Shown here: piece after piece, positions 1 to 10,503 of the stretch
Layout of the letters: every line of letters starts with the position of its first letter
How positions within the stretch are numbered: position 1 is the first letter of the stretch
NCBI GenBank assembly: GCA_963663765.2
Contig: CAXXUA010000013.1
Span: forward strand, 544,001 to 608,000
Direction of reading: 5' to 3'
Length of the DNA: 64,000 nucleotides
DNA from: Candidatus Poribacteria bacterium
Lineage (GTDB): Bacteria > Poribacteria > WGA-4E > WGA-3G
Position numbers and translations under genes: made by a program
Notes under the pieces: model-generated
Told to the model about the DNA's origin: nothing
Databases searched by the model: none
What the model saw: the letters and a program-made list of their open reading frames with translations, nothing else

Positions 1-489
1 ATTGCAGTGATGAACAAAGGAAAGATCCTTCAGGTAGGTACGCCATCGGAAATCTATGATTCCCCACAGAACCGATTTGTGGCAGATTTTATCGGGACAT
101 CAAACTTCATTGAAGGAACGATTAGACATAGGGATAACGATTTAGCAGAGGTAGTAACAGATACAGATCCACCCTTTAGTTTTCTCGGTAAATGTAATGG
201 TGAAATCCAAACTAATTCACCTGTAACAGTCGTTGTTCGTCCGGAACGTATAGATATATCAGCAGAACCGAATCCAGATTTACCAAATTGCTTGCAAGGT
301 GTAATCCAAGACCATAGTTACCTCGGAACGACACAACAATACACTGTGCAAACCGATTATCCTACGCATCTCATTGTTCATCAACAAAACACAAGTATTA
401 AGGATGTAAATCGCTATAAAGAAGGTGATACGGTATACTTACAATGGGAATCAGGAAACGCTATCGTTTTGGCAACTGATTTGAATTAA
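1..489 (+). CDS. ABC transporter ATP-binding subunit, PotA-like (3' part with TOBE domain; 5' truncated by window)
   Basis: Frame open from base 1: [32 protein letters not shown] is the typical post-H-loop segment of PotA/MalK ATPases, followed by VVRPERI and a TOBE-like C-terminus. Confidence 0.85.
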   Translation: MAVMNKGKILQVGTPSEIYDSPQNRFVADFIGTSNFIEGTIRHRDNDLAEVVTDTDPPFSFLGKCNGEIQTNSPVTVVVRPERIDISAEPNPDLPNCLQGVIQDHSYLGTTQQYTVQTDYPTHLIVHQQNTSIKDVNRYKEGDTVYLQWESGNAIVLATDLN

Positions 490-1484
490 CCTCGTGGCAA
501 TGGTAGTTTAACCTTTCCATTGTTGTGTTGTTGTGAAGTCAAAAAGCCAATAATGATCTCAACGACTTTGTGTCCTGCACTTCCAGGTGAAACAGGTTCT
601 CCACCATCTGCAACGAGTTTTACTATCTCTTGAACACCTGCAGGAATACCGACGACATCCCATGTCGGTGCTTCAATTGGTTCTACAGAATTCCCTTGGT
701 ATATTGTTGCTCCCTTATCGCTTATGAGAATGTATCCATTTGTACCAACAATCTCCAATCTGAATCCGGATTGTGTCGTCTTCGGTCCGCCAGCATAGTA
801 GCCACGAACACTGTTTGCAAAATGGATATAACCGTGTGCGGATGGTTCCGTTGATGGGTTGTGTCCACCATCCCCTTTATATTCGCTATAGTCTTCATAT
901 CCATCTTCTAATTCTGCGGAAACCCATTCAGGTGGTGAGTCAGCAAAGTAACATATTGCATCAACAAGATGTGTTCCGTTGCGGAATAGCATAGCTCTAC
1001 CTCCGCTTAGTGTTCCAATGACAAAGACAACTTCCCCGATACGTCCAGCATCAACGACATCCTCTTTAGTATACCGCCACAAAGGTTGCCATCTACGTGT
1101 ATGGTCAATTGATAGGATAGTTCCGTTCTGTTCGGTTGCCTCCAGCATCCTATCTGCATCTTCAATATTAGTCGCCATCGGTTTCTCACAGAAAATACCT
1201 TTAACCCCAGCATTTGCTGCGTCTACCACGAGATCCGCATGCCGATGGTCAGATGTTGCAACCGTCACTATTTCTAAATCTTCTGTCTTGAGCATTTCTT
1301 GATGGTCTGAATACAGCGAGATATTATCCCAATTGTTCTGCCATTTTGCTTTGAAGGTATCCAGGGTACTTTGTACGAAATCGCATCCAGCGACTAATTC
1401 AACATTCGGTAATCCGACTAATCCAGACGCGTGCGTTGTACCTATTCCACTGCAACCTATTATACCAACCCGTAGTTTTGCCAT
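486..1484 (-). CDS. Gfo/Idh/MocA family oxidoreductase
   Basis: Rossmann start [18 protein letters not shown] motif, GTHLVD motif; ATG at 1484 with GGAGG RBS upstream. Confidence 0.9.
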   Translation of the reverse strand: MAKLRVGIIGCSGIGTTHASGLVGLPNVELVAGCDFVQSTLDTFKAKWQNNWDNISLYSDHQEMLKTEDLEIVTVATSDHRHADLVVDAANAGVKGIFCEKPMATNIEDADRMLEATEQNGTILSIDHTRRWQPLWRYTKEDVVDAGRIGEVVFVIGTLSGGRAMLFRNGTHLVDAICYFADSPPEWVSAELEDGYEDYSEYKGDGGHNPSTEPSAHGYIHFANSVRGYYAGGPKTTQSGFRLEIVGTNGYILISDKGATIYQGNSVEPIEAPTWDVVGIPAGVQEIVKLVADGGEPVSPGSAGHKVVEIIIGFLTSQQHNNGKVKLPLPRG

Positions 1485-1547
1485 GTTCCAATCCTCCACA
1501 ATTACAAAATGCCATATCTGTTACACTAACGTATTGACCTTGATAAG

Positions 1548-1576
1548 ATTCTATGCTGCAGTGAATTAGATGTCAA
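1548..1576 (-). promoter_or_regulatory. sigma70-type promoter of the Gfo/Idh/MocA gene
   Basis: Minus strand TTGACA-17 nt-TAGAAT. Confidence 0.6.
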
Positions 1577-1667
1577 GTTTTTTGTGGAAACAAAACGATT
1601 TGATATAAACCCAAGACTTTGGTAAACTATTTGTAGATCAAAAATGTCATGATGGAGGAAAATAATT

Positions 1668-1907
1668 ATGATTAGAATAATCGCTAACCCGGGAATTCTT
1701 GGAGGGAAACCTGTAATTGAAGGCACGCGCATAAGTGTTGAACATGTCCTTGGACTATTGGCAAACGGAATGACAAACGAGGAGATAATTTCAGATTATC
1801 CAATATTGAGTGAGGAGGGTATTCGGGCGGCACTTGGTTACGCAGCGCGCGCATTAAAGAACGACATCGTGATAGACATGCCTTTTCCGCGTGAGGGAGC
1901 ATCTTGA
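1668..1907 (+). CDS. DUF433 domain protein (antitoxin-like)
   Basis: RIIANPGILGGKPVIEGTRISV...EEIISDYPIL...IRAALGYA signature; GGAGG RBS. Confidence 0.9.
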   Translation: MIRIIANPGILGGKPVIEGTRISVEHVLGLLANGMTNEEIISDYPILSEEGIRAALGYAARALKNDIVIDMPFPREGAS

Positions 1908-2052
1908 ACATGGCTGCCCCCACTTTTTTGCAGAAAATAAATGTGTCCCAAGCCAATCATTTGCTTGTGGATATTTTTATGCGTTTAGGTTCATTTTTCT
2001 TATTCTGTATGTGGTAATCTTGTAGGTTGATTAGGGCAAAACAAACTCTTAA

Positions 2053-2471
2053 GGTATAATAAAACCCATACTCCCAAATGAATTCCAAACTTTTAGTCGT
2101 AATGCAAACAGAGTGCACAAAATAATAGACAGACAAATTTCAGAACATAAAAGCAGCTGAAAAGTCCAAAACAGATATAAAAAATACAACAAGATAACGA
2201 TAAAAAACCCATTTAGTTGTTTTTTTCAAAATTTCGCAAATTCAATAAACCTTCATAAACCCAGACCACAACAGGATCGAGAACACTTATGAAAAAAATG
2301 CAAAAAACACGAAAAAAACAACCAAAAAATTCCACGATTGGAACAAAATTCAGAAATGGAACATTTAATTGTCGGTTAATCACACACGCTAACAATATGA
2401 TGCTTCTGTAGACAGGGAAAATCGGGGTTGAAAACTCCAACGGCAAGAGCACATTTCAACAATTGAATACC
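2053..2471. repeat. ~420-bp dispersed non-coding element, copy A
   Basis: Reverse complement aligns by eye along its length with 29742-29774 + 30796-31182 (e.g. GGGTTGAAAACTCC vs GGAGTTTTCAACCC; ATTTAGTTGTTTTTTTCAA vs TTGAAAAAAACAACTAAAT). Confidence 0.8.
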
Positions 2472-2492
2472 TTTGCCATCATTTAAGAAATC

Positions 2493-2522
2493 TTGACATC
2501 ACGTAACAATCCGTGATATATT
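2493..2522 (+). promoter_or_regulatory. sigma70-type promoter upstream of recJ with embedded inverted repeat
   Basis: TTGACA (2493) ... TG-n-TATATT; ATCACG-N8-CGTGAT at 2498-2517. Confidence 0.5.
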
Positions 2523-2588
2523 ATCTAAAACAAAATTATGTAATTTTCATATCCAACTGAAAGTTCACTAAAATAGAAAGTTGTTTTC

Positions 2589-5150
2589 ATGAGACTGCAA
2601 CCCAAAAAAATATGGCAGTATCAAAATCCTGATATAGATTTGAGTTTGACCCTTGCTGCTAAACTTGGTATTACGCCCCTTGTTGCGCGCCTCCTTGTCA
2701 ATCGCGGAATAAAAACTGTAGCAGATGGTAAAACCTATCTGTATCCGACCTATGCCGACCTACACTCCCCTTTTAAGATGGCAGATATGGAAAAAGCAGT
2801 TGAACGAATCCATCAGGCAAAAAAGAAAGGTGAACAGATTTGCATTTATGGTGACTATGATGCGGACGGTACAACAGCAACTGCCCTTTTAGTGAATACA
2901 TTTCGGCATATAGATTTTCCTGTTAGTTATTATATTCCCCATCGGTTCACTGAGGGTTATGGACTGAATACAGACGCTATAAAAAAAATATATGATAACG
3001 GATGCACATTGTTGATAACAGTTGATTGTGGCATCTCTTCCATTGAGGAGATAGAATATGCAAATGAACTTGGTATGGATGTGATTCTCACAGATCACCA
3101 TCAACCCCCTGAAAGCGATCCGCCATCAGCTTACGCTATTATTTCCCCGAAGATCGATGGAAACGAATATCCTTATACAGAGTTAGCTGGGGTGGGATTA
3201 GCTTTCAAGTTAGCACAAGGCCTATTAGATGATGAATCGTATTTGACATCGCTGCTTGATCTTGTTGTTTTAGGGACAGTCGCAGACATCGCTCCACTTA
3301 CTGGTGAAAATAGGACTCTGAGTCGACTTGGGTTAGCAGAAATCAACAAGAAGCATCGCATTGGCATTCAGAAACTGTGTGAGGTAGCAGATATAGCTGA
3401 CAAACCGCTCGTAGGTAACTCTTTGTCCTATCGTCTGGGACCCCGTTTAAACGCTGCTGGTAGGTTAAAAACAGCAAAGACTGTGGTGGAGTTATTGACA
3501 ACTGAGTCAAAAGAAAAAGCCGAAAAATATGCACAAGAATTAGATAAATGTAATCAGGAACGCAAAGATATTGAAAATAAAATACAAGATAGTGCGGTGA
3601 CACTCCTAAATAGAGAAGAAAATCTGGAACAGTTGAAGGGATTAGTAGTTGCGAGTAGTACTTGGGGAGAACATGCTAAAGGCGTTGTTGGGATTGTTGC
3701 TTCAAGATTACTTGAACAGTATTACCGTCCCATATTTGTTCTTGCTATTGATGGCGATGAAGCTACAGGTTCGGGTCGTTGTGTTGAAGGAATGAATCTC
3801 GCTGATAGTTTGAACAGTTGCTCTAACCTACTTATCAGACATGGAGGACATCAGGCTGCGGCTGGTGTGACGCTTAAGACTGATAATATACCGAAATTCA
3901 AAAAGGCTTTTAATAGTTTTGCATGTGAAAATCTCAACGATAAAGACTTAATTCCAAAACTTCCTTTGGATTTTGAAACAAACCTATCTTCTCTAACGTT
4001 ACAAACATTAGAGAAGTTTGATGCCTTAGAACCCTTTGGTGGTGAAAACCCACCACCCCGTTTTGTCGTTAAAGGCTTAACCATTAAAGGACAACCGTTT
4101 ACAATGGGGAAAGAAAAGGAACATCTCTCAATGGTTGTCAGTGAAGGTTCAGAAGAAATAAGATCTATAGGATGGCGAAAAGCACAACATTTAATTACGC
4201 TTAGCAGACCGAATATCTTGATAGACATTGCTTGTTCTCCTGAAATTAATGAGTACAAAAACAAACGTTCTGTCCAATTGGTTCTTGAAGAGTTCCATGT
4301 AAAGTCATCAGATCGGTCTCCAAATCTCTTGATCTATCCACCTTCTGACACACCTTCTTATGCAAGAGTAGTGGATAGTCGCAATCAGGATAAGAAAGAA
4401 AGTCTATTGACTTTGCTAAACACAGATAAACCATGTATAATTTATGTAATGAATTCTGAGAAGATGAACCAATTATTGACGAGTGTAATTCCTGAAAAAG
4501 CATCAACAATTGGTAGACATGATGAGACAACGACAGAGGCAGATGAAATTGAACTTTTAGAAAAAGTTAAGAATGGTTCTTATAGAGGGGTTGTATCCTC
4601 AAGTACATTCTCCGCATCGGTATTAGAAACTGTTCCTATCATACAAAACTTCATCTTTTGTCATCTTGCACCACACCCAGGGAATTTATTTGAGAAGTGC
4701 AAACCTGCATCAAGAAATCATAGTACGACTATGCTTCATCTATTATTTAATCAAGATTCAGATGAACGGCTGTTGCAGGAATGGATAGATAATACTTATC
4801 CTGACAGAAAATATCTTGCAACATTATACCGAAAATTGGGTGAAACAGATAATACGGAGATAACTGATTTTAAAACATTGACAGAAAGACTTGAACTTAA
4901 CTCAGATCAAGCTGTAGAATTAGGACTAACTATATTTGAAGAATTAGGATTAATTGAAAGAGATACAAAGTCTGGGCAACAATATATAAGAATAATACCT
5001 GACCGCAAAAGGGGTTTGGAAAGATCAAAAACCTATTTGAAATGTGAATGGTTGAAACAGAATAGTCAGAAGTTTGCGAAATTCCAACTACATGAAAATA
5101 CCCAACAAATTTGGGAGCGTATCAAAAATGAGTGTGGAATCCCTGATTAA
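2589..5150 (+). CDS. recJ: single-stranded-DNA-specific exonuclease RecJ with long C-terminal extension
   Basis: YGDYDADG, TVDCG, TDHH, GTVAD, PRLNAAGR, GGHQAAAG and LEPFG motifs. Confidence 0.97.
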   Translation: MRLQPKKIWQYQNPDIDLSLTLAAKLGITPLVARLLVNRGIKTVADGKTYLYPTYADLHSPFKMADMEKAVERIHQAKKKGEQICIYGDYDADGTTATALLVNTFRHIDFPVSYYIPHRFTEGYGLNTDAIKKIYDNGCTLLITVDCGISSIEEIEYANELGMDVILTDHHQPPESDPPSAYAIISPKIDGNEYPYTELAGVGLAFKLAQGLLDDESYLTSLLDLVVLGTVADIAPLTGENRTLSRLGLAEINKKHRIGIQKLCEVADIADKPLVGNSLSYRLGPRLNAAGRLKTAKTVVELLTTESKEKAEKYAQELDKCNQERKDIENKIQDSAVTLLNREENLEQLKGLVVASSTWGEHAKGVVGIVASRLLEQYYRPIFVLAIDGDEATGSGRCVEGMNLADSLNSCSNLLIRHGGHQAAAGVTLKTDNIPKFKKAFNSFACENLNDKDLIPKLPLDFETNLSSLTLQTLEKFDALEPFGGENPPPRFVVKGLTIKGQPFTMGKEKEHLSMVVSEGSEEIRSIGWRKAQHLITLSRPNILIDIACSPEINEYKNKRSVQLVLEEFHVKSSDRSPNLLIYPPSDTPSYARVVDSRNQDKKESLLTLLNTDKPCIIYVMNSEKMNQLLTSVIPEKASTIGRHDETTTEADEIELLEKVKNGSYRGVVSSSTFSASVLETVPIIQNFIFCHLAPHPGNLFEKCKPASRNHSTTMLHLLFNQDSDERLLQEWIDNTYPDRKYLATLYRKLGETDNTEITDFKTLTERLELNSDQAVELGLTIFEELGLIERDTKSGQQYIRIIPDRKRGLERSKTYLKCEWLKQNSQKFAKFQLHENTQQIWERIKNECGIPD

Positions 5151-7260
5151 TATTATCCAGAGGTATAATCCAGAAGCAGTGACCGATTTTCACTTTCTCA
5201 AAACGTGTTATAGTTACGCTGAGAAAGCACATAGTAAACAGCTGCGGAAATCGGGTGAACCGTATTTCATGCATTGTGTGAGAACAGCAGGAATACTTGC
5301 ACAACTGCGGTTGGATATGGATACGATCTGTGCGGGGTTGATGCATGATGTGTTAGAAGATACTGGTATTACGCGAAATGAATTGGAAAGTCAATTCGGA
5401 AAGAATATTGCTTACTTAGTGGAAGGTGTAACAAAGATCGGACGCTATAAATTTAGCGGGGGTCAACGTCTAAGACAAGCGGAAACATATAGAAAACTCT
5501 TATTAGCTACGGCAGAGGATTTGCGGGTGATCCTCATTAAATTAGCTGATCGTCTCCACAATATGGAGACACTGGATCACTTATCCGATGAGCAACAGAT
5601 GCGGATCGCTAAAGAGACTTTGGAAATCTATGCACCTATCGCCCACCGACTTGGGATTTGGTCCATCATGAGTCGACTTGAAGACCTTGCACTAAAATAC
5701 CTCCTCCCCGATACTTATAGAGAAATCGCTGACCTACTGAACGAAAAACTTGAAGAACGACAAGCATATTGTAAGAAAATGGAAGCGATAATTCATACAG
5801 AGCTAAAAAAACACGGCATACCAGCAAACGTCAGAGGCAGAACAAAACATATATATAGCATCTACCAGAAGATGCATGAGAAAGGAACTCCGTTTAAAGA
5901 TATTTGTGATTTGGTTGGACTGCGTGTACTTGTAGATGACGATTGGAGTTGTTACAGTGCACTGGGGGTTTTACATCTTAGGTGGAATTACTTACCTGAC
6001 CGTGTCCGAGATTGGATTGGACAACCGAAAAAAAATGGATACCAATCACTGCATACCACCATTTTGGATGATGGTAAACCGATTGAGATACAGATACGGA
6101 GTAGGGGAATGCATCAGGTTGCTGAAAACGGTATAGCAGCTCACTGGAGTTATAAAGAAGGTGTACCAACGACTAAGGAAGCACTCTCCATTTATGCTAA
6201 TTACAAGGAGATGCTTGATGACATCCAGGATACGCAAGATGTTCCAGACCGATTTATTGAGTCTATGAAGTTGGAACTTTTTCAAGATGAGGTATATGTC
6301 TTCACACCAAAAGGTGACATCCACGCACTACCCGTCAGCTCAACAGCGATAGACTTTGCATACAAAATCCATACTGAAATCGGACATACGTGCTATGGAG
6401 CGGAGGTAAATAATGTTCTCACCCCTATACGTGAACCTTTACAGAACGGTGACCGTATCCGAATTTTGACTCACCCGAAAAGCACACCCAGTAGATCATG
6501 GCTACGTATCGTGAAAACAGCCAATGCACGAACAAAAATCCGTAACTGGTTTAAAGAAAAAGACAGAGTTGATGCACTTGAATTGGGTAAAAAATTCCTC
6601 AAAGCAGAACTACAGGTCTCATACCTCAATGCAAACGACTATCTGAAATCTCCGAAGCTGCTGGAGATTGCCAAACAACATGGTCAAATAAGTGTTGAGG
6701 AGTTATGCATTCGTATTGGAAAAGGACATGAATCTGCGACACAGATCGTAAATAAATTAAAACCAGAAAAAACAGAAGTAGTACCTGAAAAACAAAAACC
6801 AAAAGATGTTGAACCCACAATCCATCTTGATAACGGTATAGATTTGGGGATGTTCCGCGTTATGAAATGTTGCAATCCAATTCCTGGAGATGATATAGTT
6901 GGGTATCTCACGCGTGGACGTGGCGTTTCTGTTCACCGAGATGGATGCGTGCGGCTTCTTGATGAACCAGAGAGATTTGTTGCAGTCAATATGCACGCTG
7001 TAGAAGGTACGAACTATCCTGCACAGATCTTTGTTGAATGTGATGACAAACCTGGAATGTTAGGAGAGATCACAACTGCTATTGCAAAATGCCAAGTGAA
7101 TATACGTGAAGGGAACTTTAAATCCTCAACTGTCACCAGAATCAACGATACAGCTGCTGATTACTTTACTTTGGATGTGACTGGTGTTGAACAATTGAAA
7201 AAAGTAATGGATGTAATAAAAAGTTTAAATGGGGTGGAGAGTGTCGTCCGAAAAATGTAG
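5128..7260 (+). CDS. rel: bifunctional (p)ppGpp synthetase/hydrolase Rel (RelA/SpoT family)
   Basis: RKSGEPYFMH, HDVLED hydrolase motif, KLADRLHNM, GYQSLHT, EIQIR, TGS (VFTPKG), CCNPIPGD and ACT domains; ATG at 5128 overlaps the recJ end. Confidence 0.95.
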   Translation: MSVESLINIIQRYNPEAVTDFHFLKTCYSYAEKAHSKQLRKSGEPYFMHCVRTAGILAQLRLDMDTICAGLMHDVLEDTGITRNELESQFGKNIAYLVEGVTKIGRYKFSGGQRLRQAETYRKLLLATAEDLRVILIKLADRLHNMETLDHLSDEQQMRIAKETLEIYAPIAHRLGIWSIMSRLEDLALKYLLPDTYREIADLLNEKLEERQAYCKKMEAIIHTELKKHGIPANVRGRTKHIYSIYQKMHEKGTPFKDICDLVGLRVLVDDDWSCYSALGVLHLRWNYLPDRVRDWIGQPKKNGYQSLHTTILDDGKPIEIQIRSRGMHQVAENGIAAHWSYKEGVPTTKEALSIYANYKEMLDDIQDTQDVPDRFIESMKLELFQDEVYVFTPKGDIHALPVSSTAIDFAYKIHTEIGHTCYGAEVNNVLTPIREPLQNGDRIRILTHPKSTPSRSWLRIVKTANARTKIRNWFKEKDRVDALELGKKFLKAELQVSYLNANDYLKSPKLLEIAKQHGQISVEELCIRIGKGHESATQIVNKLKPEKTEVVPEKQKPKDVEPTIHLDNGIDLGMFRVMKCCNPIPGDDIVGYLTRGRGVSVHRDGCVRLLDEPERFVAVNMHAVEGTNYPAQIFVECDDKPGMLGEITTAIAKCQVNIREGNFKSSTVTRINDTAADYFTLDVTGVEQLKKVMDVIKSLNGVESVVRKM

Positions 7261-7264
7261 AGAT

Positions 7265-7477
7265 TTACACCTCGGACGACATCCGAGAAATGACTTTTGT
7301 AACTTTACCACTACGAATACAAGATGTGCAAACACGGATCCGCCTCGGTCCTTCTTCAGTCATAGCCCGTACTCGTTGAAGGTTTGGAAGCCAACGGCGT
7401 TTCGTGTGTCGAAATGATGGACTGATCTGATTTCCAGTACGAGGTCTCTTTCCACATAAAGTACATACACGTGCCAA
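7265..7477 (-). CDS. rpmB: 50S ribosomal protein L28 (zinc-binding form)
   Basis: ARVCTLCGK...HTKRRWLPNLQ...RVCTSCIRSGKV; TTG start at 7477 with AGGAGG RBS. Confidence 0.95.
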   Translation of the reverse strand: MARVCTLCGKRPRTGNQISPSFRHTKRRWLPNLQRVRAMTEEGPRRIRVCTSCIRSGKVTKVISRMSSEV

Positions 7478-7552
7478 TCTAAACACCTCCTTTGTTTACT
7501 ACCATTGATTTTTTAGATTTTATACATAAAGAATACCACAATTAGGAGTCAA

Positions 7553-8341
7553 ATGCAAATTTATCTTTCAACCTATCGGCTATTCATCTTTCTTATTGTT
7601 CTCGCTGTAGTTGTCGCATGTGGTACCGATGATGATACATCGGATTCCGTTGTGCAACCCGAACCGATACAATACGGCACAGTATCAGGAATAGTCACTG
7701 ATGTAGTAACCAAGAATCCAATTCCTAACGTAGCAGTGATGTTAGATGACCTTGAAGCAAAAACAGAATCTGATGGTGTGTATACATTTTTAGACATACC
7801 GAGTAATGTGGAACATCAGTTGACTGTTCAGGACCCCGATTATCAGGATTTCAAGCATGAATTTACGCTAAACCAAGTCCGTTTGGTAATCAATGTTCCG
7901 TTGACCCCTATAATAGACAACGAGGAGGAATTGAAAGCGTTCTTTGAGGACTTTTCCGCTCTCATAGAAAGCGTAGACCCAGATAATATTGAATTACTCC
8001 AAGAAAAGTTCTCTGAAACTTATGTAGCAGGGGATGATCCGGCAACTATCGTTGCTATTGTATCAGGAGTTATACCACAGAATTATGAAAGTGTATTACC
8101 AACTGTCACCACCCTTTTTGAAACATATTCATGGATTCAGTTCGTGTTCAAACAATTACAAATGGATATCACGAATGCAAGAAAAGCATCAATTCAAGTT
8201 GTGTTAGATATAGATTCAGAGAATGCTGGAGATGGGGGTTTGAGTCACATTGAAGCCCGGTGCCAATTTGAGTTTCGTCGTGAGGGAACAGATTGGAAAA
8301 TTGTGCATTGGGAAGTGCTGTTTTTAGATGTTCAAATGTAA
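7553..8341 (+). CDS. lipoprotein with carboxypeptidase-regulatory-like domain and NTF2/SnoaL-like C-terminal domain
   Basis: Hydrophobic signal + VVAC lipobox; GTVSGIVTD...PIPNVAV...DGVY beta-sandwich; C-terminal FEFRREGTDWKIV. Confidence 0.65.
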   Translation: MQIYLSTYRLFIFLIVLAVVVACGTDDDTSDSVVQPEPIQYGTVSGIVTDVVTKNPIPNVAVMLDDLEAKTESDGVYTFLDIPSNVEHQLTVQDPDYQDFKHEFTLNQVRLVINVPLTPIIDNEEELKAFFEDFSALIESVDPDNIELLQEKFSETYVAGDDPATIVAIVSGVIPQNYESVLPTVTTLFETYSWIQFVFKQLQMDITNARKASIQVVLDIDSENAGDGGLSHIEARCQFEFRREGTDWKIVHWEVLFLDVQM

Positions 8342-9196
8342 CAGATTAGCCAGTGCGGCAAATTCAGTAATATCTAAAGTTTCTGCCCGTCTTTGTGGTG
8401 CAATGTTTAATTCTGTGAAGACGTTACTGAGTGTATTTGCAGAAGCGAAGCGGCGCAAAGAGTTTTTGAGCATTTTACGCCTTCCGCGAAATGCCTCCCT
8501 AACAATTCTAAAAAAGTAATCTTTATCATCCACGATGACCCTCGGTTCGTCGCGCATCGTTAGTTTCAAAAGTGCTGAATCCACTTTGGGTGCAGGATAA
8601 AAGCTATCTGGTGTCAAGATATCTATCAGTGAAGTATCAGCGTAATAGGAGATACCTATTGTTAGTGCGCCGTAATCCTTTCCACCGGGTGATGCGACAA
8701 TCCGTTCAGCAACCTCCCGTTGCATCATCAACACACAAGTATCAAGTATTTTAGAGTGTTCCAACAGTTTCCACAAGATAGGTGAAGTTATGCCATAGGG
8801 AAGGTTTGCTATGACCTTTGGACGAGAATCTTGTGGAAGAAGTGATAGAAAACCTATTTTAAGTATATCTGCATGTACGATCTGTACCTGATTTTTCGCT
8901 GCAAACTGGTTTTCCAATTCAGCAGCGAGTTTAGGATCTACCTCAATGGCAACGACATGCTTAGCACACTCTGCCAAAGCAGCGGTTAGGCAACCGAGAC
9001 CAGCACCGATTTCAATCACCACGTCGTTACTTGTTATTTCACCCGCTTCAATAATTACAGATAGGATATCAGGGTTAATCAGGAAGTGTTGACCTAATTG
9101 TTTCTTCGGACGTGTGCGGTTTACTCGGAAGAATGCTTGTGCCTGCTGAATAAGTAAATTATGTTCAATGTCTGCATTCTTTTTAATGTTTTTCAT
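8324..9196 (-). CDS. rsmA: 16S rRNA dimethyladenosine transferase RsmA/KsgA
   Basis: LGQHFL, EIGAGLG, ANLPY, MMQREVAER, FYPAPKVDS, RAETL motifs; start position approximate. Confidence 0.95.
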   Translation of the reverse strand: MKNIKKNADIEHNLLIQQAQAFFRVNRTRPKKQLGQHFLINPDILSVIIEAGEITSNDVVIEIGAGLGCLTAALAECAKHVVAIEVDPKLAAELENQFAAKNQVQIVHADILKIGFLSLLPQDSRPKVIANLPYGITSPILWKLLEHSKILDTCVLMMQREVAERIVASPGGKDYGALTIGISYYADTSLIDILTPDSFYPAPKVDSALLKLTMRDEPRVIVDDKDYFFRIVREAFRGRRKMLKNSLRRFASANTLSNVFTELNIAPQRRAETLDITEFAALANLLHLNI

Positions 9197-9281
9197 TAGC
9201 ACATTATACCCTATATTCAAGTCACTTTAGCTTTGACAGAGCAAACATAAGGAACTTTTGCAACCATCAGAAAAGATGCGA

Positions 9282-10478
9282 CTATTTCATCAATTCTACA
9301 ACACGATCAAAGATTGTATCTGCTACATGCAGTTTGGATAGACGTGGAAGTTGTTCACAATTACCTGCTTTATCCAATAGCGTTACAATGTTTGTATCAG
9401 TAGCAAATCCTGCACCTTCAGCAAGTATGTCATTTGCTACGATAAGATCACAGTTTTTCTTGATGAGTTTCTCTTTTGCGTTTTCGATGACATCGTTTGT
9501 TTCTGCAGCGAAACAGACGAGAAACTGTTGTGATTTTGTCTCTCCAAGTGTCTGTGCAATATCAGGATTTTTTTGTAAGTTTAGGGTTAAGGTATCATTT
9601 TGCTTTTTTATTTTGTGTGGTTTGAATTCTGCGGGACGAAAATCGGTAGGTGCAGCTGCCATGACGACAATATCGGTCTCCTCAAACTTCTGAAGCACTA
9701 CGTTATGCATTTCTTGGGTAGAATCCACATGATAGAATTCAACACCAGACGGTGGGTTGACGGTTGCATGGCCGCTAACTAAAATGACTTCTGCACCTCT
9801 GCGCGCTGCTGCTGATGCAAGTGCATAACCCATTTTTCCTGTTGAGCCGTTTGTGATGAACCTAACGGGGTCAAGGTATTCTCGAGTAGCCCCAGCTGTT
9901 ACGAGTATACGTTTCCCCTGTAGATCGTTGTGGTCATGCAAAATATTTCTTGTACGTTCAAGGATTAACTCCACTGGACTCAATCTGCCTGTTCCTTCAT
10001 AACCACATGCGAGATCTCCGATTGCTGGTTCAATGAATTCTACGTCTTGTTTCCTGAGTACATTGATGTTTCGTTGGACAAAAGGATTCTTATACATGTG
10101 TCCGTTCATTGCAGGTGCAATGAGTATGGGACAATGGACAGAAATAGCGACAGTAGAGAGCGCATCATCTGCAATGCCGTTTGCCATTTTACCCAATATG
10201 TTCGCGGTTGCTGGGACAATTGTGAGGAGGTCGGTACGGTCAGCTAACTCAATATGTGGTGGTTTCCAATTCTCACCGGTTTCAAATAGGTCAAGTAGTA
10301 CGGGATTCCGTGAAATGACTTGAAATTGTAACGGGTTTATCAAGCGGGTGGCATTCTGCGTCATGATTACATGAACTGACGCACCCCATTTGACCAATTG
10401 ACTTGCATAATCAAGCGATCTATGGATAGCAATTCCGCCAGTAACACCTAAAAGGATGGTTCGGTTGCTTAGTTCCAT
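9282..10478 (-). CDS. coaBC: bifunctional phosphopantothenoylcysteine decarboxylase/synthetase
   Basis: GVTGGIA, PATAN, APAMN, LACG, TAGATRE.LDPVRFITN.STGKMG, FAAET motifs. Confidence 0.97.
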   Translation of the reverse strand: MELSNRTILLGVTGGIAIHRSLDYASQLVKWGASVHVIMTQNATRLINPLQFQVISRNPVLLDLFETGENWKPPHIELADRTDLLTIVPATANILGKMANGIADDALSTVAISVHCPILIAPAMNGHMYKNPFVQRNINVLRKQDVEFIEPAIGDLACGYEGTGRLSPVELILERTRNILHDHNDLQGKRILVTAGATREYLDPVRFITNGSTGKMGYALASAAARRGAEVILVSGHATVNPPSGVEFYHVDSTQEMHNVVLQKFEETDIVVMAAAPTDFRPAEFKPHKIKKQNDTLTLNLQKNPDIAQTLGETKSQQFLVCFAAETNDVIENAKEKLIKKNCDLIVANDILAEGAGFATDTNIVTLLDKAGNCEQLPRLSKLHVADTIFDRVVELMK

Positions 10479-10503
10479 AAGGAATCAGGATTACAATTCC
10501 TGC

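Noticed and set aside
2213-2452. 79-aa hydrophobic ORF
   Set aside because: Lies in the dispersed element; its Phe/Val/Ile bias simply reflects the T-rich strand and I saw no independent coding evidence
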